This document shows, one piece after another, positions 9,044 through 17,073 of a DNA stretch of 64,000 nt. The position numbers and the translations under genes are program-made. The notes below the pieces were generated by a model. The model searched no databases, was not told where the DNA came from, and worked only from the letters and a program-made list of their open reading frames with translations. The stretch spans positions 369,568 through 433,567 of the forward strand of contig QCMT01000001.1 of assembly GCA_003213625.1 (NCBI GenBank). Direction: 5' to 3'. Each line of letters begins with the position of its first letter. Within the stretch, counting starts at the first letter, position 1. The DNA is from OCS155 cluster bacterium AG-422-J23. GTDB taxonomy: Bacteria; Actinomycetota; Acidimicrobiia; Actinomarinales; Actinomarinaceae.

Positions 9044-10040
9044 TATTGGAATAAATGGCTTTGGAAGAATAGGTAGGTCTATTTTAAGAATAATTGTTGA
9101 ATCAAATTCAGATTTAAATGTAATTGCAATTAATGACCTAGGTGATAAGGAAACATTATCATATTTATTTAAACATGATTCAATAATGGGAATTTTAAAC
9201 ATGAATGTTGAATTAGAAGATGATTCCTTAATTGTTGGAGACAGAAAAATTAAATTAATATCCCACAGTGATCCTGGAGAGATTCCTTGGAGTGATTTAG
9301 GTGTTGATTTGGTCGTAGAATCAACTGGCTTTTTTAGAGATAAAGAGTCGTTAGATAAACATATCTCCTCAGGTGCAAAAAAAGTTGTCCTAACAGTACC
9401 CCCTAAAGATGAAATAGATGCAACAATAGTTTTAGGTGTAAACGACAATTCCTTAAATCCAGACGATAAGTTGATTTCTAATGCATCTTGTACGACTAAT
9501 TGTTTAGCTCCAATAGCAAAGGTATTAAATGACAACTTTAAAATTAAATCAGGATTGATGACAACCGTTCATGCTTATACAAATGATCAAGCGTTAGCAG
9601 AGACAACTCACAGTGATTTTAGAAGAGGAAGGAATGCAACACAAAATATAATTCCAACATCTACTGGTGCTGCAAAGGCTGTTGGTATGGTTCTTCCTGA
9701 ATTAAATGGAAAACTTGATGGAATGGCAATGAGAGTTCCTGTCCCGAATGGTAGTGTTGTAGACCTTGTTGTTGAGGTAGAGAAAGAAGTAACTATTGAT
9801 GACATAAATAATGCAGTAAAAAAAGCCTCTGAAAATGAACTTAAAGGAATTTTAGATTACTCAGATATTCCACTTGTTTCTACAGATATTCTCAAGAATC
9901 CTCATTCAAGTATTTATGATGCTTCATCAACACAAATACTAAATAACAACCATATCAAAGTAGTTTGCTGGTATGACAACGAATGGGGTTATTCAAATCG
10001 TGTTGTAGATTTACTTGAAAAATTATCAAAAGATGAATGA
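9036..10040 (+). CDS. gap: Glyceraldehyde-3-phosphate dehydrogenase, type I
   Basis: Canonical motifs INGFGRIGR, SNASCTTNCLAP, TTVHAYT, WYDNEWGYS. Confidence 0.9.
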   Translation: MNNIGINGFGRIGRSILRIIVESNSDLNVIAINDLGDKETLSYLFKHDSIMGILNMNVELEDDSLIVGDRKIKLISHSDPGEIPWSDLGVDLVVESTGFFRDKESLDKHISSGAKKVVLTVPPKDEIDATIVLGVNDNSLNPDDKLISNASCTTNCLAPIAKVLNDNFKIKSGLMTTVHAYTNDQALAETTHSDFRRGRNATQNIIPTSTGAAKAVGMVLPELNGKLDGMAMRVPVPNGSVVDLVVEVEKEVTIDDINNAVKKASENELKGILDYSDIPLVSTDILKNPHSSIYDASSTQILNNNHIKVVCWYDNEWGYSNRVVDLLEKLSKDE

Positions 10041-10452
10041 TAAATTGCCTGAGGCACCAAAAGCAGCTGGCAACTATGTAACAGTGAAAAAAATTGGTGA
10101 CTTTATATATACTTCAGGACATGTTCCGATAACTGACGAAAAGAAAATTATAGGCAAAATCCCTAATGAAATTTCTATAGAAGAAGGGTATGATGCAGCA
10201 TCATTATGTGCGGAACTTACTATTGCTTCACTTTTAACAATTTCAGATATAAAAAAATTGATTCCTGTAAATGTTTTAGGATTTGTAAATTCTTCATCGG
10301 ACTTTACAGATCAACCAAAAGTATTAAATGGGTTTACTGATAAATTAGATGAGTTCTTTTCGGAAAAACCAACAAGGTCTGCGGTGGGAGTTTCAAGTTT
10401 GCCACTTAATGTCTGTGTTGAAGTTCAATCTGTATTTTATATAAATGAATAA
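10033..10452 (+). CDS. RidA/YjgF-family reactive-intermediate deaminase
   Basis: C-terminal RidA signature (KPTRSAVGVSSLPLNVCVEV). Probable ATG at 10033, overlapping the gap stop. Confidence 0.7.
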   Translation: MNDKLPEAPKAAGNYVTVKKIGDFIYTSGHVPITDEKKIIGKIPNEISIEEGYDAASLCAELTIASLLTISDIKKLIPVNVLGFVNSSSDFTDQPKVLNGFTDKLDEFFSEKPTRSAVGVSSLPLNVCVEVQSVFYINE

Positions 10453-11149
10453 TTTTATAGTAGGAATTAGTACAGGGAATAAAGATGTAAAAATGTCTGC
10501 CGGTGAAATAGAATGCTCAGTTTTAAATTTTGATTTTATAAAACAATGTAACAATCATGGAGCACAAGTTAATATTATTCCGCAACAAAATAGGGAATCA
10601 ATTAATTTATCTGGTATAAACGCGCTCATAGTTACTGGTGGAGGTGATATAAATCCAAAAATGTATGACCAAAACCAAGATGATACTGTAGAAAGAGTGG
10701 ATGATTTACGTGATTCAACAGAATTTAACCTACTGAAAGAAGCAGAGAATAAAAATATTAGAACATTGGCTATATGTAGAGGCCATCAACTATTAAATGT
10801 TTACAAGGGTGGAACACTACATCAAGATCTAAAAAAAAGTGGTTTTAATGAAATTGAACATCAAAAACCTTATGATGACGCGAGAAGATATGTTCATAGA
10901 ATAAACATTGAAAAAGAAACAAAATTAGAAGGAATTGTCCAAGAAAACAATATTGAAGTTAATAGTATTCATCATCAAGGTATCGATAAATTAGGTGATG
11001 ATTTAATTATTTCTGCAAGATCTGAGGATGATGTTATCGAAGGAATTGAAATAACAAATGGCTGGGACGCAATTGGGATACAGTGGCATCCTGAATATTT
11101 AGATGATGAACCAACAAGTAATATATATGACTGGTTAATTAACAGTTAG
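10445..11149 (+). CDS. Class-I glutamine amidotransferase-like gamma-glutamyl hydrolase (PuuD / peptidase C26 family)
   Basis: Catalytic-triad context LAICRGHQLLNV ... GIQWHPE. Confidence 0.7.
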   Translation: MNNFIVGISTGNKDVKMSAGEIECSVLNFDFIKQCNNHGAQVNIIPQQNRESINLSGINALIVTGGGDINPKMYDQNQDDTVERVDDLRDSTEFNLLKEAENKNIRTLAICRGHQLLNVYKGGTLHQDLKKSGFNEIEHQKPYDDARRYVHRINIEKETKLEGIVQENNIEVNSIHHQGIDKLGDDLIISARSEDDVIEGIEITNGWDAIGIQWHPEYLDDEPTSNIYDWLINS

Positions 11150-11611
11150 ATAAAGAGTATCGTCTTTATAAAAAAAATTATCTTTATCATAAGATACAAC
11201 AAATACCTCATCTTTTTTTTGAACATTACAAAGAATTAATTTTGACGAATAAAAGTAATCTAATATTATTACTTCATCTGATAATTCATAATTAATAAAA
11301 AATCCTGGCCATGGTAAGAGTTCTTTATTTTTTAAAGATCTGTACTTATCACTTATGTAGACATCAAAGTTTCTATTATTTTCAGCTTCGTCAATTGAGT
11401 TGATATGTTTAAATTTAATTAAATTTCTATCTTTAAGGTGTGATTTAAAGTCTTCGATTTGATAGGAATGATTATCTACAACGACGGAAACATCATTCAT
11501 ATTTATATCTCTAAAATATTTGTCAATATTTATATACTGATATCCTTGAAGACCGTGAGGTTTACCTAATTTTCCGATTAAATATGAACTATTTTCAGTC
11601 AATAAATTCAA
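11135..11611 (-). CDS. rimM: Ribosome maturation factor RimM
   Basis: N-terminal motif IGKLGKPHGLQGY. Position between the KH protein and trmD. Confidence 0.85.
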   Translation of the reverse strand: MNLLTENSSYLIGKLGKPHGLQGYQYINIDKYFRDINMNDVSVVVDNHSYQIEDFKSHLKDRNLIKFKHINSIDEAENNRNFDVYISDKYRSLKNKELLPWPGFFINYELSDEVIILDYFYSSKLILCNVQKKDEVFVVSYDKDNFFYKDDTLYLTVN

Positions 11612-11849
11612 CAGTTGATTGAAGACCCTCTTCGTCTGCAGCAGCTTGAGCTACAGTTCTGATTGCTCGGGCAACTCTTCCACGTTTTCCAATGACTCTT
11701 CCCATGTCACTTGGAGCAGTTCTTACTTCAATGGCAACATTCTCATCATCAGAAGATGAGATATCTACTTTTACAGATTTTTCATCTTCTACAATTTGTG
11801 AAATTATATATTCAACAACATTTCTGACAATTTTTCCAGTATCACTCAT
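11595..11849 (-). CDS. KH-domain RNA-binding protein (YlqC-like)
   Basis: KH motif VIGKRGRVARAIRTV. Conserved rpsP-KH-rimM arrangement. Confidence 0.8.
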   Translation of the reverse strand: MSDTGKIVRNVVEYIISQIVEDEKSVKVDISSSDDENVAIEVRTAPSDMGRVIGKRGRVARAIRTVAQAAADEEGLQSTVEFID

Positions 11850-12247
11850 TCTTCTTCACCTTTATTTCCTTCATCAGCGGATTCTTCATTAGTGTCTTCA
11901 GCTTGATCTTCATTTTTCTTGTTGTGTGCTTTTGAGCTGCTTTTTATTTTTGGTTCAGGAGGTGTAGGGATAGATACAACTTCACCCTTTGAGGATCTCC
12001 ACTGGGCCCATGCTCCCGATATCTCCAATATCTTCTGTGCTCTTTCTGAAGGTTGAGCACCTTTTTCTAACCATGACACAGCTTTCTCAACATCAATTTC
12101 AACTGATGAGGGATTATCTTGTGGATTATAAAATCCGAGATCTTCTATGAATTTTCCATCTCTCGGAGACCTTGAATCAGCAACAATAACTCTAAAAGTT
12201 CTATTCTTTTTTTTACCTCTTTGGGCTAGCCTTATTTTTACTGGCAT
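11846..12247 (-). CDS. rpsP: 30S ribosomal protein S16 with a K/E-rich C-terminal tail
   Basis: MPVKIRLAQRGKKKNRTFRVIVADSRSPRDGKFIEDLGFYNPQ. The extended charged tail is typical of actinobacterial S16. Confidence 0.95.
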   Translation of the reverse strand: MPVKIRLAQRGKKKNRTFRVIVADSRSPRDGKFIEDLGFYNPQDNPSSVEIDVEKAVSWLEKGAQPSERAQKILEISGAWAQWRSSKGEVVSIPTPPEPKIKSSSKAHNKKNEDQAEDTNEESADEGNKGEEE

Positions 12248-12268
12248 TTAAATCCTTATCTATTAGCA

Positions 12269-12287
12269 ATTAACTATATTAGTTAAT
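12269..12287. promoter_or_regulatory. Perfect inverted repeat attaacta-tat-tagttaat in the divergent rpsP / upp promoter region
   Basis: Seen directly in sequence. AT-rich, so weakly supported. Confidence 0.25.
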
Positions 12288-12371
12288 ATTTAACTTAATG
12301 ACTTATGAATTATATTTACTATAAATAATTAGTGCTAGTAAAGATAAATTATTTAATGTACCCTAAGAAAT

Positions 12372-12992
12372 ATGGAATTAATAGAAATTTCACATCCTCT
12401 TAAAGATCATTACCTAACTAATTTAAGAGACAAAAATACAGATTTTGATACATTTCGAGATTCTGCATCAAAACTATCTTATTTTTTAGTTGTTGAGGCT
12501 ACAAAACATCTCACTACCCTTTCAAAAGAAATAGATACACCACTTACAAAGACTAAAGGTGTACAAATCGAAAATAATTCGGTTGCGATTTCTGTTTTAA
12601 GAGCTGGTCTTGGACTCATGGATGGCGTGCAACAATTAATTCCAAATATCTCATTTGGTTATATCGGAGTTCAAAGAAATGAAGAAACAGCTCAACCAGA
12701 AAATTATTATGAAAAGCTTCCTGATTTAGTTGATAAAAATGTATTTATCTTAGAGCCAATGTTAGCAACTGGAGGTTCATTATCGTTCGCCATTGAAACT
12801 GTAAAAAAATATAACCCGAAAAATATACATGCCTTAACAGTAATCTCAGCGCCAGAAGGCATAAACAAAATCAAGGAAAACCATCCTGACATTACGCTAG
12901 TAACTGCTTCAATAGATGAAAAATTAGATGATAACTGGTACATTGTTCCTGGTCTTGGGGACATGGGCGATAGGCTATTTGGAACAACTTAA
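12372..12992 (+). CDS. upp: Uracil phosphoribosyltransferase
   Basis: UPRTase sequence and length. C-terminal PGLGDMGDRLFGT. Confidence 0.9.
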   Translation: MELIEISHPLKDHYLTNLRDKNTDFDTFRDSASKLSYFLVVEATKHLTTLSKEIDTPLTKTKGVQIENNSVAISVLRAGLGLMDGVQQLIPNISFGYIGVQRNEETAQPENYYEKLPDLVDKNVFILEPMLATGGSLSFAIETVKKYNPKNIHALTVISAPEGINKIKENHPDITLVTASIDEKLDDNWYIVPGLGDMGDRLFGTT

Positions 12993-12997
12993 AAGTA

Positions 12998-14155
12998 ATG
13001 TCTAAATGCATTTTGATTGTAATAGATTCCCTAGGTGTTGGTGAAGCTCCAGATGCTGAAAATTATGGTGACATAGGTGCAAATACTTTTGGTAATGTAG
13101 CACAAGCAAATGGGCAGCTTAATCTACCTACTTTTGAAAAGCTTGGTTTTGGTGCAATTACAAATATAAACGGACTCAAAGATGAGGTTACTTGCTCTAT
13201 AGTAGGAAAACTTGCAGAGTCATCAAAAGGAAACGATTCAACCACTGGACATTGGGAAATCGGTGGATTAATAACACAAAGAGATTTTTCAGTTTTTCCA
13301 AAGGGTTTTCCAGGCGAACTAATTGATAAAATATCTTCAGAAACAGGACACGAATTTATAGGCAATTATCATGCGTCTGGAACAGAAATAATAAATGAAC
13401 TTGGTGAAGAACATCTAAGTAGTGGTAAATTAATTCTTTACACGTCAGGTGATTCAGTTTTTCAAATAGCCGCTCATGAAAAAATTCTCTCAGTAAATGA
13501 TCTTTACAAAATTTGTAAAATATCAAGAGAATATTGCAACGAATACAATATTGGCAGAGTAATCGCTAGACCATTTATTGGTGATAAAGGAAAATTTCAA
13601 AGAACTTACGATAGAAAAGATTTTGGAATTACACCCCCAGGAGAAACTATTCTTAGCCAATTATTTAAAAACGGGAAGAATTCTTTGGGAATTGGAAAAA
13701 TTTCTGATTTATTTGGTGATGAGTTTCTCAGTAATTCAATTCACACAGAAGGTGATAAAAATGGATTGGAAATATTGATTAGTGAATATGAAGACAACCG
13801 TTATGATTTTTATTTTATTAACTTAGTTGACCTAGACATGCTGTACGGTCACAGAGAGGATCCAGCAGGTTATTATGATGGTTTAAAAATTATTGATAAT
13901 GGCTTAGATAAGCTAATCAGTGTTTTAAATGATGACGATATAATTATTATTACTGGTGATCATGGTACTGACCCAACTGATGGTAAGACTGATCACTCTA
14001 GAGAATATGTACCATTTATTATTTACAAAAATAACCTAAAACCTAAATATATTGGTGAAGGTGATACTTTTTCAGATATTGCTGCAACTATTTCAGATAT
14101 TTATGAAATCGAAAATATATTTCCAGGTAAAAGCAGTGCCAATCATTTATCATGA
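12998..14155 (+). CDS. deoB: Phosphopentomutase
   Basis: N-terminal IVIDSLGVGEAPDA and DeoB length. Confidence 0.9.
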   Translation: MSKCILIVIDSLGVGEAPDAENYGDIGANTFGNVAQANGQLNLPTFEKLGFGAITNINGLKDEVTCSIVGKLAESSKGNDSTTGHWEIGGLITQRDFSVFPKGFPGELIDKISSETGHEFIGNYHASGTEIINELGEEHLSSGKLILYTSGDSVFQIAAHEKILSVNDLYKICKISREYCNEYNIGRVIARPFIGDKGKFQRTYDRKDFGITPPGETILSQLFKNGKNSLGIGKISDLFGDEFLSNSIHTEGDKNGLEILISEYEDNRYDFYFINLVDLDMLYGHREDPAGYYDGLKIIDNGLDKLISVLNDDDIIIITGDHGTDPTDGKTDHSREYVPFIIYKNNLKPKYIGEGDTFSDIAATISDIYEIENIFPGKSSANHLS

Positions 14156-14991
14156 CTGATAGGGACAGAATGCTAGATAAAATTAATGAAGCAAGTAATT
14201 ATTTAAAGGAAAACTTTAATGCAGAGGTTTCTTCTGCAATTATTTTAGGCTCAGGTATGGGAGGCTTTGAGAATAGCTTTAATCCTATTGCAACTTTTGA
14301 TTATTCGGAAATACCAAACTTCATAAAACCAGCTGTACAGGGGCATACTGGTACTTTAACCTTTGTTGAAGTTGAAGGTAAAATTACCGCAATATTATCT
14401 GGTAGGGCACATTATTACGAGGGCTATGATATTCATGACCTTGTATTACCCACTAGAGTCTTAGCTACGTTAGGAATTAAAAACCTAATTGTAACTAATG
14501 CTGCTGGTGGCATAAACGAAAATTACTCGCCAGGAGACATAGTTGCAATTAAAGATCATATAAATTTAACGGGCAATAACCCATTAATAGGTAAAAATTT
14601 AGATGAATTTGGTCCAAGATTTCCTGATATGTCAGAAGTTTACTGCTTAAAGTTTAGAAATTTAGCAAAAGAAGTTTCTAAAGAATATTTTGAATACAAG
14701 GAAGGTGTTTACGCTTGGTTTACAGGACCAACTTATGAAACTCCTTCAGAAGTAAATTTTGCAAAAACTATTGGTGCTGATTTGGTTGGAATGTCCACAG
14801 TTCCAGAAGCAATAGTGGCGAAGCATTCTGGAATTGATGTAACTGCATTTTCATTGGTTACAAACTTAGCAGCTGGTATTTCTGATTCACCATTATCACA
14901 TGAAGAAGTGATAGAAATTGCTGACAAAACATCAAAAACATTTCAAAATTTTATGAAAAGTTTTTTAGGTCAAATTAATTTAGCTATTTAA
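14152..14991 (+). CDS. Purine nucleoside phosphorylase (PNP family I)
   Basis: PNP/MTAP fold motifs (ILGSGMGGF; TGPTYETPSE; VGMSTVPEAIVA). Confidence 0.85.
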   Translation: MTDRDRMLDKINEASNYLKENFNAEVSSAIILGSGMGGFENSFNPIATFDYSEIPNFIKPAVQGHTGTLTFVEVEGKITAILSGRAHYYEGYDIHDLVLPTRVLATLGIKNLIVTNAAGGINENYSPGDIVAIKDHINLTGNNPLIGKNLDEFGPRFPDMSEVYCLKFRNLAKEVSKEYFEYKEGVYAWFTGPTYETPSEVNFAKTIGADLVGMSTVPEAIVAKHSGIDVTAFSLVTNLAAGISDSPLSHEEVIEIADKTSKTFQNFMKSFLGQINLAI

Positions 14992-15015
14992 ATTTGTAAT
15001 ATTAAAATAGAAGAC

Positions 15016-15765
15016 ATGAAAATAGCAGTCTGTGCAAAACAAATTCCTGATCCAGCTTTAGATATTACATATTCGGAAGGTCTTGTAAGTAGGCCAGATG
15101 AACAAGTTTTAGATGATACAGACAGATACGGAATAGAAGTCGCGTTACAGTTAAAAGAAAAATTTGATGCAGAAGTAACTGTCATTTCTATGGGGAAAAT
15201 GGGTACAGAAAAAGGAATACAGCAAGCTTTACAAATGGGCCCAGACAAAGCTCTTGTTTTAGAGGATGATTCTCTTTCTGGATCAAATTCATTGATGACA
15301 GCAAATGTCTTAAGTGAACTTTCCAAAAAAGTTGGAGCTGATATTACAATTTTTGGTACTGAATCAACAGATGGATATTCAGGTGTTATCCCTCAACAAG
15401 TATCAAGAATGCTTGGCCTGCCTTGTATCTCCTATATAAAAGCAGTAGAGATAGCTGATACTGTTTCTCTTACCAGGCAGACTTCTACAGGTTCTGAAAA
15501 AGTTCAAATGCCTTCAAATTGTGTACTATCTGTTACAGCTGGAGGTGTAGAGCCAAGATATCCAAACTTTAAAGACATCATGGCGGCAAAATCTAAACCA
15601 GTTGAAAAAATATCTCTAAGTGATATAGAATTTAGTGCTGTTCAGAATATAGAATTTATAGACATTAAAGATGTCTCAACAACAAAACAAGGTGAAAAAA
15701 TAGTAGATGAGGGCGATGGCTTTCAAGTAATAATTGACAAACTTAAGGAATTAAAAGCTATATGA
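15016..15765 (+). CDS. etfB: Electron transfer flavoprotein, beta subunit
   Basis: MKIAVCAKQIPDP... ETF-beta family. Confidence 0.9.
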   Translation: MKIAVCAKQIPDPALDITYSEGLVSRPDEQVLDDTDRYGIEVALQLKEKFDAEVTVISMGKMGTEKGIQQALQMGPDKALVLEDDSLSGSNSLMTANVLSELSKKVGADITIFGTESTDGYSGVIPQQVSRMLGLPCISYIKAVEIADTVSLTRQTSTGSEKVQMPSNCVLSVTAGGVEPRYPNFKDIMAAKSKPVEKISLSDIEFSAVQNIEFIDIKDVSTTKQGEKIVDEGDGFQVIIDKLKELKAI

Positions 15766-16682
15766 AAACATTAATTATTGGTGAAGTTGTAGAAGGTAAG
15801 CTTTCAAGTGGAGCTTTGGAAATAATTGCAAAATCAAAAGAACTAGGACTAGAGTTCGAAGTTGCAACAGTGGGAACAGTGGATTCACCAAATATAGGGT
15901 CTGATAGTTTCAAAAATACATATTTAAAATGCAATGAAAGCCAGCTAAGTCTCGGATCAGTTGCAAATACTCTAAAAACAATGGTGGATGAACAATCAAT
16001 TTCACTTGTTATGGCTCCATCAACGTATGTTGGTAGAGATTTAATTGCATTCTTGTCTGTAGATTTTGACTCTAGTCAAGTGTCAAATGTTATCAATTTC
16101 TCCGTTGATGGTGAAAATGTCATAACTTCTAATTCAATAAATGGTGGAGAAAGTGAATATAATTCAAAAATTACTTCTGATAAAAAGCTTCTTTTAATTA
16201 GACCTAAATCTTTTGAAGAAGTTCAAATTGAACTAAATAGTACAAATTATGAAACAGTTGAAATAAATTCTGAAGAGCCAGAGGTATTTGATATATTTAT
16301 TGAAGAGAAATCTGGACCACAGTTAGAGGATTCAAAAATAGTTGTGTCTGCTGGTCGAGGAATGGTTGATAGTTCAAACTTGTCTTTAGTAGAAGATCTT
16401 GCAAGTAAACTTAACGCTGCAATTGGAGGCACAAGGGCCATAGTTGATGCAGGTTGGATGCCTTATTCACAGCAAGTTGGTCAAACTGGTAAAACTGTCA
16501 AACCTGATGTTTATATTGCATTAGGTATTTCAGGAGCTACCCAACATCAAGTTGGAATGAAAGATTCAAAATATATTATTGCAATAAATAAAGATGAAGA
16601 AGCTCCTATATTCCAAATTGCTGATCTTGGATTGGTTGCTGATACTTTATCTATAGTTCCAAAAATTACTGAAAATTTATAA
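15762..16682 (+). CDS. etfA: Electron transfer flavoprotein, alpha subunit
   Basis: FAD-binding signature IALGISGATQHQVGMKDSKYIIAINKDEEAPIFQIADLGLVAD. Confidence 0.9.
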   Translation: MKTLIIGEVVEGKLSSGALEIIAKSKELGLEFEVATVGTVDSPNIGSDSFKNTYLKCNESQLSLGSVANTLKTMVDEQSISLVMAPSTYVGRDLIAFLSVDFDSSQVSNVINFSVDGENVITSNSINGGESEYNSKITSDKKLLLIRPKSFEEVQIELNSTNYETVEINSEEPEVFDIFIEEKSGPQLEDSKIVVSAGRGMVDSSNLSLVEDLASKLNAAIGGTRAIVDAGWMPYSQQVGQTGKTVKPDVYIALGISGATQHQVGMKDSKYIIAINKDEEAPIFQIADLGLVADTLSIVPKITENL

Positions 16683-16683
16683 T

Positions 16684-17073
16684 CTAAAACTTAAAGTCAA
16701 AAGGTAATACCTCTTCAAACTTATATTTTTGAAAGTCGTTATCATTTACGACGATTACATGTTCAGTATTGAATTCTGACATCCTTTGTCTTGAAATTCC
16801 ACAGGGAAATATTGCTGTCTCGCTTTTTGCATCAATACATGCAACTGCAATTGTATCAATCTTTGTCTCACCTTCTGAAATAGCTTTTAAGATTGCTACA
16901 TCTTCACCACATACTGTTGCAGGATATGAAGCATTTTCAATATTACAACCTGTATATATGTTTCCAGAGTCAGTTATTAAAGCCGCGCCTACCCGAAAAT
17001 TAGAATATGGTGCATAGGCTTTTTTAGCGATCTCTTTTGCTAAGTCTGCTAATTTTTGATCGTTAGAAGACAA
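16684..17073 (-). CDS. cdd: Cytidine deaminase (tetrameric type) with an unusual PCGISRQ zinc-ligand region
   Basis: CGE (in place of CAE) and PCGxxRQ motifs, 129 aa. The second Cys of the canonical PCGACRQ is Ser. Confidence 0.75.
   Translation of the reverse strand: MSSNDQKLADLAKEIAKKAYAPYSNFRVGAALITDSGNIYTGCNIENASYPATVCGEDVAILKAISEGETKIDTIAVACIDAKSETAIFPCGISRQRMSEFNTEHVIVVNDNDFQKYKFEEVLPFDFKF

Noticed and set aside
12707-12964. 85-aa minus-strand ORF inside upp
   Set aside because: Antisense to a well-conserved UPRTase gene, with no independent support.
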